This document shows positions 23,801 to 35,644 of a DNA stretch of 64,000 bases, one piece after another. The translations under genes and the position numbers were made by a program. The DNA is from Macrostomum hystrix. Taxonomy: Eukaryota; Animalia; Platyhelminthes. The stretch lies in assembly GCA_950097015.1 (NCBI GenBank), contig CATNEN010000029.1:1860001-1924000 (forward strand). The letters are read 5' to 3'. How positions within the stretch are numbered: position 1 is the first letter of the stretch; each line of letters starts with the position of its first letter. The notes beneath the pieces are model-generated. The model was not told the DNA's origin. It did not search any database and saw only the letters and a program-made list of their open reading frames with translations.

Positions 23801-24889
23801 CTCCTTGCGGCTCCGCCCCAAATTAACGCTAGCCCTGTCCCAGATTCGAGCTCAGGACCTTCTGGCAAGAATGTTTTGAATATATTAAATTTTTTAAATC
23901 AGTTGCTGCCTTTATACATCGCGAACAATAACAACAACAGTGAAACAGCGGGACAGGACATATAGGTTCTTCACTAATGCCGCGGTTCTCCGTTGCAGGT
24001 AAAAGAATTGAGCCACCACTTTCCACTGATATTGGTAAAATCTAGTGCTATTAAGCTTATTAAGCTGAGCACAGAATCTCAACTATGCAAGGAAGAAATC
24101 AAAGAAAAGGCATTTTTGGTTTGTCTGCAACTTTCTGCTTTGTGAGTTGTCTGTTTTAACCAGTTTCGTATTCAATACGTTATTTGCGAAAAATTTTGAA
24201 AAGGCTAAAATGATAATTATTCATAAAGTTTTATTGAACACTCGTATGAGTTTAATGCCGATTATTGTCTGTTAATTCCTGAATGTGCAGATATGCTAAA
24301 GTACAACTAAACTTTTTAAGTATACAGGCATTTTCTCCGCAGATAAAAGACACCACACGCTCGAGATAAAAAAAGTGCACCGCAACGTACTTTCTGTTTG
24401 TACTTATACGGTTTTATGGGGCGCATAGGAAACAACAGGTTTAGGATTTTTTAGTAAGTTGAAAAGCTAGATAATCATATTAGTATCAACTAATTGTGTA
24501 ACTCCTCTGAACTATACAAGCTAATTTGGCACTGGACAATGCAAGTAACGTATTATTAGTTTGCGTTCTAGAAAAGTAAATATTTTTGTTAGTATTTTGG
24601 CTAGTAAAAAAGTAGGCCAATTAAAAGTGGCTTTTTCTTTTTTAGAGCAAATAAACAAACAAGACAATGTTCATCAAGCAGCTTCTAGTCAAATACCTTT
24701 GCTAAAGTGCAGAACGGTGCGCAACTAAGTTATAATTAGTGTCCAGCATTTGGGATAACTGCTTCGTGATTGCTGCCTGATGTTTCAAGGGATTTTTACC
24801 AAATGGGGATTCGGGGGTTTGTACTAGCTAAGGTTTTAGGGGATTTGTACCACACGGGGTTTCAAGGGATTTTTACCATCTGGGATTCG

Positions 24890-26115
24890 TACTTGTAAAT
24901 AAAAGGGGATTTGTACTACCTGGGGTTTCAGTAGATTCGTACTACCTGGGGTTTCAGGCGATTTGTACTACCTGGGGTTTCAGGAGATTTTTACTACCTG
25001 GGGTTTCAGGAGATTCGTACTACCTGGGGTTTCAGGAGATTTTTACTACCTGGGGTTTCAGGAGATTCGAACTACCTGGGGTTTCAGGAGATTTTTACTA
25101 CCTGGGGTTTCAGGAGATTTTTACTACCTGGGGTTTCAGGAGATTTTTACTACCTGGGGTTTCAGGAGATTCATACTACCTGGGGTTTCAGGGGATTTGT
25201 ACTACCTGGGGTTTCAGGAGATTCGTACTACCTGGGGTTTCAGGAGATTCGTACTACATGGGGTTTCAGGAGATTCGTACTACCTGGGGTTTCAGGAGAT
25301 TCGTACTACCTGGGGTTTCAGGAGATTCGTACTACATGGGGTTTCAGGAGATTCGTACTACCTGGGGTTTCAGGAGATTCGTACTACCTGGGGTTTCAGG
25401 AGATTCGTACTACCTGGGGTTTCAGGAGATTCGTACTACCTGGGGTTTCAGGAGATTTTTACTACCTGGGGTTTCAGGAGATTCGTACTACCTGGGGTTT
25501 CAGGAGATTCATACTACCTGGGGTTTCAGGAGATTCATACTACCTGGGGTTTCAGGAGATTCGTACTACCTGAGGTTTCAGGAGATTCGTACTACCTGGG
25601 GTTTCAGGAGATTCGTACTACATGGGGTTTCAGGAGATTCGTACTACCTGGGGTTTCAGGAGATTCGTACTACCTGGGGTTTCAGGAGATTCGTACTACC
25701 TGGGGTTTCAGGAGATTCGTACTACCTGGGGTTTCAGGAGATTCGTACTACATGGGGTTTCAGGAGATTTTTACTACCTGGGGTTTCAGGAGATTTGTAC
25801 TACCTGGGGTTTCAGGAGATTCATACTACCTGGGGTTTCAGGGGATTTGTACTACCTGGGGTTTCAGGAGATTTTTACTACCTGGGGTTTCAGGAGATTC
25901 GTACTACCTGGGGTTTCAGGAGATTCGTACTACCTGGGGTTTCAGGAGATTCATACTACCTGGGGTTTCAGGAGATTCATACTACCTGGGGTTTCAGGAG
26001 ATTCGTACTACCTGGGGTTTCAGGAGATTCGTACTACCTGGGGTTTCAGGAGATTCGTACTACATGGGGTTTCAGGAGATTCGTACTACCTGGGGTTTCA
26101 GGGGATTTGTGCTAC
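24890..26115. repeat. 26-bp minisatellite TTCAGGAGATTCGTACTACCTGGGGT
   Basis: Direct reading. Confidence 0.97.
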
Positions 26116-26714
26116 CTGAAACTGTGGAAACTGTAGACGTATTTATGACCTTGTTATTATTTAATTAACTTGCTAAAATTGAATAATCACTAATTTGATG
26201 TTGAATTTCTCTATGATCGCAAGCTTTTCAATGCGTGCTAGTTATAACAAATTCTAGCTTATAGTAAAAGGGTAGCTATTAACTAACAGAGGTTAATGTT
26301 TTTAGTAATTCCATATATACATAATATATATTTTCTGAATACGTTAAACTATAAATAATAGATGGTCTTCTAACGGCTGTGGATCATACATTGGTTAAAG
26401 ACAGAGCAGAGGATAGCTAAAGAACAGTGGATTACAGACCAGTAGGATTAGTAAATTGATCCCATTTTAACTGTTGATTGCGGATTACTCACCATCACCA
26501 ATACCACATAGTCCTTGAATTTTAGAGGGGACAATTGAACACAATGTGAACTTGAAATCAACTATAAAGTTCTTAATTGAAATTCTTCATAATACGGGTG
26601 TTTAAAAATGACATTTTCAGTCCTGCAGCTGAAGATGTAAATTAAATGCGCGCTGCAGAAACGAGCAGCCGTGAATTTTAGGATGTGTTTTTTATCATTC
26701 TGCTAGATTCTACC

Positions 26715-28550
26715 AGCTTAGAATCATGTCTAATAGATTAGAATCATGTCTAACAGATTAGAATCATGTCTAACAGGTTTAGATCATGTCTAATAGTTTA
26801 GATCCTGTCTAACAGATTAGAATCATGTCTAATAGATTAGAATCATGTCTAACAGGTTTAGATCATGTCTAATAGTTTAGATCATGTCTAATAGTTTAGA
26901 TCCTGTCTAACAGATTAGAATCATGTCTAACAGATTAGAATCATGTCTAACAGATTAGAATCATATCTAACAGGTTTAGATCATGTCTAATAGTTTAGAT
27001 CCTGTCTAACAGATTAGAATCATGTCTAATAGATTAGAATCATGTCTAACAGGTTTAGATCATGTCTAATAGTTTAGATCATGTCTAATAGTTTAGATCC
27101 TGTCTAACAGATTAGAATCATGTCTAACAGATTAGAATCATGTCTAACAGATTAGAATCATGTCTAACAGGTTTAGATCATGTCTAATAGTTTAGATCCT
27201 GTCTAACAGATTAGAATCATGTCTAATAGATTAGAATCATGTCTAACAGGTTTAGATCATGTCTAATAGTTTAGATCATGTCTAATAGTTTAGATCCTGT
27301 CTAACAGATTAGAATCATGTCTAACAGATTAGAATCATGTCTAACAGATTAGAATCATGTCTAACAGGTTTAGATCATGTCTAATAGTTTAGATCCTGTC
27401 TAACAGATTAGAATCATGTCTAATAGATTAGAATCATGTCTAACAGGTTTAGATCATGTCTAATAGTTTAGATCATGTCTAATAGTTTAGATCCTGTCTA
27501 ACAGATTAGAATCATGTCTAACAGATTAGAATCATGTCTAACAGATTAGAATCATGTCTAACAGGTTTAGATCATGTCTAATAGTTTAGATCCTGTCTAA
27601 CAGATTAGAATCATGTCTAATAGATTAGAATCATGTCTAACAGGTTTAGATCATGTCTAATAGTTTAGATCATGTCTAATAGTTTAGATCCTGTCTAACA
27701 GATTAGAATCATGTCTAATAGATTAGAATCATGTCTAACAGGTTTAGATCATGTCTAATAGTTTAGATCATGTCTAATAGTTTAGATCCTGTCTAACAGA
27801 TTAGAATCATGTCTAACAGATTAGAATCATGTCTAATAGATTAGAATCATGTCTAACAGGTTTAGATCATGTCTAATAGTTTAGATCATGTCTAATAGTT
27901 TAGATCCTGTCTAACAGATTAGAATCATGTCTAACAGATTAGAATCATGTCTAATAGATTAGAATCATGTCTAACAGGTTTAGATCATGTCTAATAGTTT
28001 AGATCATGTCTAATAGTTTAGATCCTGTCTAACAGATTAGAATCATGTCTAACAGATTAGAATCATGTCTAACAGATTAGAATCATGTCTAACAGGTTTA
28101 GATCATGTCTAATAGTTTAGATCCTGTCTAACAGATTAGAATCATGTCTAACAGATTAGAATCATGTCTTACAGATTAGAATCATGTCTAACAGGTTTAG
28201 ATCATGTCTAACAGGTTTAGATCATGTCTAATAGTTTAGATCCTGTCTAACAGATTAGAATCATGTCTTACAGATTAGAATCATGTCTAACAGATTAGAA
28301 TCATGTCTAACAGGTTTAGATCATGTCTACCTGATTAAAATCATGTCCAACAGGTTTAGATCACGTTTAATAGTTTATATCATGTCTAATAGTTTAGATC
28401 ATGTCTAACAGATTAGAATCATGTCTAACAGATTAGAATCATGTCTAACAGGTTTAGATCATGTCTAACAGGCTTAGATCATGTCAAACAGGTTTAGATC
28501 ATGTCTTAGGTTAGAACTCTATATAACAGGTTAGAATCTTATCTAACAGG
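26715..28550. repeat. 19/20-bp satellite with a 197-bp higher-order repeat
   Basis: Monomers CATGTCTAACAGATTAGAAT / CATGTCTAATAGTTTAGAT; HOR starts at 26804, 27001, 27198, 27395, 27592. Confidence 0.97.
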
Positions 28551-28877
28551 TTAATAATCATTTCTAAAAGTTTAGACTGTTGTTTAACAGGTTTGAAAGG
28601 TTTTATAACTTTTTTTATAATAATGAAACTTTCATACATGTTAGTCACACAGGAAAGTCCACTGCAATTATTATCATTGCTTTTTCCCTCGCCAGAAACA
28701 GAATCGAACAGCTTTCTCCCCCAGGCAGATAATTTTTCTGTTTTTTTATGACACTGGAAAATAAATATGTTTTCAAATAATGAGATGTTTTTGAAGTGAA
28801 GCCAGAACTAATTGGTAAAAAAAGACTGAGAATCTCGTGTGCCAAGCGGTGACACGCTTGCCTGGCGCACTACTCAC

Positions 28878-28988
28878 ACAGGACGGATTCACCAGCGATT
28901 GGACGCGAAATTCTACCGGCGATGGCGCACTTCGAATTGCTTCGACTGCTTCGTCGTGTGTTGCGTCCCGTAGGTCCCGACCGCTCAC
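28878..28988 (-). CDS. MPDZ: Exon: PDZ7-like end
   Basis: VSGRDLRDATHDEAVEAIRSAPSPVEFRVQSLVNPSC; cacgcag|GTG, TGT|gtgagt. Confidence 0.92.
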
Positions 28989-29029
28989 CTGCGTGAGGAG
29001 CGGGAATAATTTGGATTCAGCTATTCTTG

Positions 29030-29320
29030 GGAATTGGGATTCAGACTCTAGGTTGGGATTTCTAGAAGTTAAAGACTAGGATTTCTGGAAGTTAAAGATT
29101 GGGATTTCTAGAAGTCAGAGACAGGGATTTCTAGAAGTCAGAGACAGGGATTTATTGAAGTCAGAGACAGGGATTTATTGAAGTTAAAGATTAGAATTTC
29201 TAGAAGTTGAAGGTTGGGATTTCAAGAAGTTAACGATTGGGATTTCTAGATGTTAAAAATTGGGATTTCTAGAAATTAAAGATTGGATTTATAGAAGTTA
29301 AAAATTAGGATTTCTAGATG
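29030..29320. repeat. 23-bp minisatellite GGGATTTCTAGAAGTTAAAGATT
   Basis: Direct reading. Confidence 0.9.
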
Positions 29321-29348
29321 GTAAAGAAATCTTTAATTTATTTCACAC

Positions 29349-29665
29349 CTCCAGAATGCGGTCGCCGGTGCGCAGGACGCCCTCTCGCCGGCTGGCGCTG
29401 GCCTCGGACACGTGCTTGATGAAGATGCCGCTGACTGACTGCTGCAGGCCGTGGCCGGCAACCCGGCCGCCAACGATGCTGATGCCGAGGCTGTGACCGG
29501 CGTCGCGACGAATGCGAACCAGCCGGGGCGCGCCCCAGCTGCTGGCATTGCCGCTGGCCGGCGAACCGTCCTGCGACAGAGACGTCACCCGGCCGCCAGG
29601 CGAGCGAGGCGGCGTCGATGCCGTGGCAACAACCATGCAGCCGGATTGGTTGTTTGCGGAGCCTG
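29349..29665 (-). CDS. MPDZ: Exon: PDZ7-like N-terminal part
   Basis: SSWGAPRLVRIRRDAGHSLGISIVGGR...GIFIKHV...GDRILE; ggtag|CA (TAGCAG tandem acceptor), GAG|gtgtga; phase 1-0. Confidence 0.93.
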
Positions 29666-29739
29666 CTACCGTTGTGGGCAAAGATGATACTGTTTTTTAT
29701 GTTCAACTACCGCCAATTGATTAGAAATCACTGACTGCT

Positions 29740-30120
29740 CATGACGTCTCTTTCATACCATGACGTCATTTTCATACCATGACGTCACTTTCATACCATG
29801 ACGTCACTTTCATACCATGACTTCACTTTCATACCATGATGTCACTTTCATACCATGACGTCACTTTCATACCATGACGTCACTTTCATACCATGACGTC
29901 ACTTTCATACCATGACGCCACTTTCATACCATGACGTCACTTTCATACCATGACGTCACTTTCATACCATGACGCCACTTTCATACCATGACGTCACTTT
30001 TCTATTGATGACGTTACATTTCTATATATTACGTAAATTTATGTTCATGACGTCACTTTACGTTCATGACGTCACCTTCATCCCATGACGTCACTTTTCT
30101 ATTCATGACGTCACCTTCTA
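29740..30120. repeat. 19-bp minisatellite CATGACGTCACTTTCATAC carrying TGACGTCA (CRE consensus)
   Basis: 13 exact TGACGTCA octamers counted between 29761 and 30113. Confidence 0.93.
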
Positions 30121-30322
30121 TTTATTGTGTCTACTAAAATACATAGCGTCACTTTCTAATCAACTAACGCAGTATTTCTTTTTTATTTTCACATAGATTT
30201 CTATCAACGACGTCAGTACCAATTCGTGACATTACTTTTGACTTCTAATGTCACTTCTTGACGGCGTCACCTTCTATTGGCAAGGTCACATTCTCGATTA
30301 TCTCCGGGTGTCAACAACTCAC

Positions 30323-30429
30323 AGTTCAGCAGCGACGAGGCAGAACCGGCGGTCGAGATGACCGGCTGACGGACCAACACAACCGGGTCACCACCGTTCA
30401 CCATCTGTTGACGACTGTCTGCGGACGAG
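30323..30429 (-). CDS. MPDZ: Exon: linker SSADSRQQMVNGGDPVV...LLN
   Basis: ttgcag|C, T|gtgagt; phase 2-1 bridges both neighbours exactly. Confidence 0.8.
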
Positions 30430-30812
30430 CTGCAATGCAAATTTCCGATCGATAACAATATTTTTTCATGATTTATTTATCCCATAAAATTTCATAGCGT
30501 AAATTTATTTGTTGCAACAATTTTTGCTGAATTGCGTGCAGAACAGAGTGATAACTCTGGTTTTCTTGTTAAGCTCGTAATAGGCATCTGTGAAATCGAT
30601 ACAGAATCAAAGAGTATCATTCACTTGAATTGAATCTTGAATATTAAACTGAACTCAAAGAGCATTATATTGCAATGAGATTCTTGAAGCATGAAAGCTA
30701 GAAAGCTAATACTTATCAGCAATTTTCATTGATTCACGAAATTTCTTAAAGTTGAAATAAATTTATCTGAAACTATAAATTAGAATGAAATTAGAGTGAT
30801 CTTCAGTCTCAC

Positions 30813-30946
30813 CTCAGCATTGTCGCACTTCCGTTACCGCAGTCGCCGAAATCGATACGCCTCTCGCCAACGGCAACCCTGTCAATAGCGAGGTCCGCTT
30901 CGTCGTCGTATTCAAAGTCGCGATCTACGTCAGCGTCCTGCAGTTC
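30813..30946 (-). CDS. MPDZ: Exon: acidic linker ELQDADVDRDFEYDDEADL...
   Basis: ttatag|GAA (alternative cag acceptor at 30937), AG|gtgaga; phase 0-2. Confidence 0.8.
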
Positions 30947-31774
30947 CTATAAGGTTTTTTTGGAATTCGGCTTTGAGAAATACCATGAGCGCGTGCTGTT
31001 CTTCACATTTTTCACATTTATTTACTGCAAAAATAAAAGTTTAAGTCGGCATTCGTCTATGGTAAAATTTGCCTGACAATATTTGATCATAGAACTAAAA
31101 AATTGCCTGCTTACTGGGAAAAAAATCTCAGCAGGTCAATTTGGTCAATGTCGTATTTATCAAAAGTTATTTATTTATTTATCATAGACAACAGCAGAGG
31201 GCGGGCTGCCGTTAGTTTCAACCTCGTTTCAACGTGCGTAACTACAACAAAGTTTCTACACACCACGACTTGCTATACCTCTTTTGCAAAACTGCCCATA
31301 ACTTTGGGCCATAGACATTTTAGAGCGTGCAGCTCTATTGCAATTGCAATTTTACTTGTCCTTTTTTACCAGGGTCTTTCACAAGAATCGCTGACTATCT
31401 CGACGATGTTGAACTTCTAGTTCAATCGACCCTACTTATAGTAATGTTGGTGTGATTATAAGAAATTTTTATTGCTGCTTGCGAAGAAAATTAGTGCATA
31501 ATCTCTGAGGATGCCTTAGAAGCATGATTATTGATTCTTTTAGTATTGAACATATGTGTAATTTTACTAGCAACGGCGGATGCTGGACAATCCTAGCTCG
31601 GACACGCAAGGTCGCTGATCTACCCTTTAATCCGTGGCTCTTCAGCTGGAATTAAATTAAAACAAATTGAACCACTTAAATGCGCTTCGATTTACTTTAT
31701 GAATTAATCGTAAGCTGCGATTTAAGACAACACAAGTCATTGCAAAATGAAGGACAGATTATAATGACCGTTTG

Positions 31775-31900
31775 CTAGAAGGACCAGAGGGTAATGATGA
31801 TTCGATAGAAGGACCAGAGGGTAATGATGATTCGATAGAAGGACCAGAGGGTAATGATGATTCGATAGAAGGACCAGAGGGTAATAATGATTCGATAGAA
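31775..31900. repeat. 30-bp repeat x4 GAAGGACCAGAGGGTAATGATGATTCGATA
   Basis: Direct reading. Confidence 0.93.
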
Positions 31901-31944
31901 TAGAAGCGTCTAAATAGAGCCTCTTGCTCGCAGTTTTCACCCAC

Positions 31945-32847
31945 CATGTGGTTGAACAGCGCGTCCGTGTCCGAGCCGCAGTCGCGCACGCCCTCCAGCT
32001 CGATGAGCATGTCACCAGACGAGGATGAAGACACGACGCTGGCCAAAGAGGCGGTGCTGGAGGATCCGGCAAGGCTGGCAGCCGCAGCAGCTACCGTCAC
32101 TGACAGCAGCACGCGCTGCCTGGCTCCCGCGATGGCGTCCCCGACAAGGCCACGGCTAATGCGCTGCAGCTCGTCTTCTGATGACTCAGCAGCCGCAGGA
32201 GCCGCTGCCGGCGAGGCTAGAACTAACGACGAACAAGGCGACGGCGAGCGGGTCAGGTCAAGCGACGGTGTCGCCTCCGAATCGTCAGGAGTCTCTGCCC
32301 CCGCCGCTGCCGCCACCGCCTGTGCGTCCGTCATCGCCTGTTCGGCGATCAACTGGGCGACAACGTTGGCCAGAGCCGTTTGCACAATCTGGACGCTGAG
32401 CTCGTTGATGGCCGCCTCCAGGGCCTCCGCCGTCAGCTCGAGCTCTTCAGCGTCTCCGATAGTGGAAGCTTGGTCCGGAGTGGCTGAACCCGCTGCCGAG
32501 TCGCTGGCCTGCCGGTACACAGCGTCAGAGCATTCGGAGGCCGTTGTCGTGTCGCCGCCGACACCGCTGCCTCCGGCGCAATGCAGCAGCGGTGGCAGCA
32601 GCAGCGGCCCGCCGGGCTGAGCGGCCAGAAGGTCGGACGCGCTGCCGAGCTCCTCGCGCAGGGCGGCAGCTCGCAGTCGAAGCTCTTCGTCAGCGGTCGG
32701 CAGGTCTTCGTCGATGCTGTCCAGCCGAGAACTGCAGCTGGTGCCGCCTGGCGCCGGTGAACTCGAAGTCGGTGACATCGACGTAGCATTCAGCGGCATC
32801 TGCGCTGTGTAGAACTGACCAGCCAGCTGCGGCGTTGACAGGTTCGA
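31945..32847 (-). CDS. MPDZ: Exon: 301-aa acidic Ala/Ser-rich low-complexity region
   Basis: ctgacag|TCG, ATG|gtgggt; phase 0-0; open frame with host-like codon usage. Confidence 0.82.
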
Positions 32848-32951
32848 CTGTCAGAATGAGAGGTCAGTGGCTGATGTTGTCTTTGAGCAAGGATAAGTTA
32901 TAGCAAGCACCTCACAATGAAATCCCATGTGTCCCTTCTGTTCCCTGTCAC

Positions 32952-33626
32952 CTTTTTCCTCGTCATTCGATCCTGTCTAGCGGCGGCTTCGGCTGCGGCG
33001 CGAGCAGCACGTCGCTCCGCCTGGGCCAACGGGCAGGGCTTGGCGACGCCGAGCACAATGCGACCTCGCGGCGCCGTCTTCAGGCAGTGGACCGTCTCCT
33101 CCAGACTGGCCCGCTCCAGGTTGGTCTCGTTGACAAACAGCAGCCGGTCGCCGGGTAGCAGACGGCCGTCGCGATGAGCCACACCGCCTGGGACCAGGCT
33201 GCGGATGATGATGACCGTCTGCTCCTGGCACAGGGGATCCTGGTAGTCGAGGACGCTGAAACCCAGGCCAGCTGGTGTCTTGTCCAGCTCCACCACTGTT
33301 GGCCGATTCGACCAGACGCCGGTGTTTGAGAAGTCGCCGATTGACCGGCTCTTCTGACCCTGGCCGGCTGCGGAGCCAGCGGAAATCGGCTGCGGCGCTG
33401 CCTGGAGAAGCATTTCCACCTGCTCTTCGTCAACCTCTTCTTCTCCTACCGAAGCTTTCTTCTTTTCTCCTTCTAGTAAAATTTCTTCTTCCTCTAGGAA
33501 TGCGTCGGCTCTGTTTTCCACAGCAGTTTGTCGCCTAGCGCAAACGATCCGAACGTGTCTTGGCAACGACTTTAAAATCTCCACCACCTCCAGGTGGTTT
33601 AGGCCATAGAGTTTCTTGCCGTTTAC
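32952..33626 (-). CDS. MPDZ: Exon: PDZ4-like end plus complete PDZ5-like domain
   Basis: VNGKKLYGLNHLEVVEILK...GLGFSVLDYQDP...IIIRSLVPGG...DGRLLPGDRLLFVN...GVAKP; tttcag|GTA, AAG|gtgaca; 675 nt. Confidence 0.95.
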
Positions 33627-34619
33627 CTGAAATTTATTGGTTAGGTTTTCTTTGTGAGTCAAAGAATTCTTATAGAGAGAGGGACCCCATTCCGAGACAC
33701 TAATCCAAGATTAGGGTCTACATTCTTCGCTTTACTGCACTTTGCCCGATCCGGCGCTCGCCCTCTTTTAGGGACTTTCCCCCCCCCACCCCGGCTTGCC
33801 GGGCTGAGTCGCATTATTCCCTACGAGAAAAATTAAATGAGGTTGCGTGCAGCCCCGCCTGCAACGGGACGTGTTGGAGGGAGAAATATTAATTGGAGAC
33901 CAAGCAGAGAGCAGACGGGCGCTCGCACAAGATGGTAACTGACTGGGCGATGGGGCACGCGAGTCAGACCGGGGCAAAGTTTGAAGAGGGGAGTAGGGTC
34001 AAACGGAGAGAGCAGAGGAGGAGAAAAAAAGGGCCGAGAAAAAATGCCGTATATCGATGGGAGCTGAATCCCAAGTCAGCGGATGGCAGAATAGCGGTCC
34101 TGCTGACCTTGTCCCGCCAAGGCCTGAGCCGTTACTAACTGAAAGACAGAAACAGAGAGACAGACAGCCTGAGTTGTGCGAAAATGCGGCTAGCCCGGCT
34201 GCTGGAGGAGAAAAGGAAATTTCATTTCGAGAGAACCGCAGGGCCGTGGCGGTACATGGCCGAGTTTCATTAAGTGAATTTCTTCTAGCCATGGCTGCTG
34301 GCTCCGCGTCTTCCTTCTTTTTTGGACAAGATTTCTTGTTTGCCTGACTGTGCAAGCTGAAAGCAAGTTTCTTCAAGTGTTCTAATGCGTTAGTATTTCT
34401 CCGGTTTTCTTCTAGACCTTGTTGCAAAGCTATTTGATTGCGCTGAGAACTGAATAATGCTATCTCTAATATGCCTATTTATTGCCTCTCGCACTAATGT
34501 CCCTTAGCTCGAATCTCGAGGCAACATTTTTCTTATTTGGGGAGCAGCCGTGGAGAAGTGAGAGTGTACAGTACATGGGAATGGGAAAGTCAGGGCAGAT
34601 GTACACATCCTATGTACAT

Positions 34620-34761
34620 TACTCTAGATGACCTTGAATGACTCCAGATGACCTTGAATAACTCTAGATGACCTTGAATGACTCTAGATGACGTTGACTG
34701 ACTCCAGATGACCTTGAATAACTCTAGATGACCTTGACTGACTCGAGATTACCTTGAATGA
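34620..34761. repeat. 20-bp minisatellite ACTCTAGATGACCTTGAATG
   Basis: Direct reading. Confidence 0.9.
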
Positions 34762-34798
34762 CGTCGGACTCACGACTTGAAGGTCGGGGGTTCGATTC
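34762..34798 (+). mobile_element. SINE family B head fragment
   Basis: CGTCGGACTCACGACTTGAAGGTCGGGGGTTCGATTC, nearly identical to the 61757 copy. Confidence 0.65.
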
Positions 34799-34956
34799 AT
34801 GACTCATATTCACGATTCATGATTCACGATTCATAAAAAATTTAAGTGAAAATTTCCCTAAAAAGTCTATACGATCTTGACGTCGCCGTGGAAAATTCAC
34901 GGAAAATCCGCAGTCACCGGAAAATACCGCAATTAAACCCTTATTGGATTCCTTGC

Positions 34957-35219
34957 CTCAAGAAGCTCGTCTCGCTCGCGCAGCGAACCCTCAACTGCCA
35001 CGGGACCTTCTGGCAGCACGGACCGGATGTAGTGATGCGTTCGGCCTGCCTGCCCGGTGTCCACAGTGCCCTCTAGACTGATGCCCAGTCCTGGCTGACC
35101 CTTGAATTTGGCTAGCTGGGCAACCACAATCTGCAGCGGCTCGGACTGTTCGTCGGCCTGTAGGATGGCCAACCAGCGCACGCTGACTGACTCGACGACC
35201 TCCTGGGAGAGCGGGCCCT
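34957..35219 (-). CDS. MPDZ: Exon: PDZ4-like N-terminal part, ends at a GC donor
   Basis: EGPLSQEV...GLGISLEGTV...HHYIRSVLPEGPV...DELLE; attccag|AG; the junction to VNG requires donor GAG|gcaagg. Confidence 0.9.
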
Positions 35220-35644
35220 CTGGAATGGCGAGCAGAAGTTTTCTATAGTTGAAACTTGAGCAAATTTTTACATCGAGCTTCGCAGCCGCCGGGAAAGCCG
35301 AATCTCTGACTAATTAATTATGCAAGTTTGACTTCAAGTGCCCGCTCCATTCCGCTCGAGACAGGGTTGGGTCTGAAAATATGCTAATTGAAGTTTCGAC
35401 CAAACGCCCATGTTCTCGAAACTGCGGCTCCGCTGGGCTTTGGATAAAAGTACATTTGTTGCTGGCGAGTTGCTGAGTCACACAAATGGTTCTTGCAAAT
35501 TGTTTGTTGCAACTTTTGCGTCGCCAAAATTAACGGCTAATTTCTTAATTCGTGTTCTCCTCCTGCCATAAAACTTGAGTGTGGATTAGCAAACTAAATT
35601 ATAGCTGTCTTTGTTGGGATAGACTAGCAATCCACTATGTTTAT

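Noticed and set aside
26620-26680. Hammerhead-like CTGAAGA-TGTA...TGCA-GAAA
   Set aside because: Stem II lacks the G-C closing pair, position 17 would be G, and no stem I partner follows. Other CTGA.GA hits (3024, 7446, 36354, 55188) also lack the full motif.
31759-31770. C-terminal ...KRSL of the read-through isoform as a PDZ-binding or peroxisomal motif
   Set aside because: Position -2 is Arg, not Ser/Thr, so it fits neither the class I PDZ-binding nor the PTS1 consensus.
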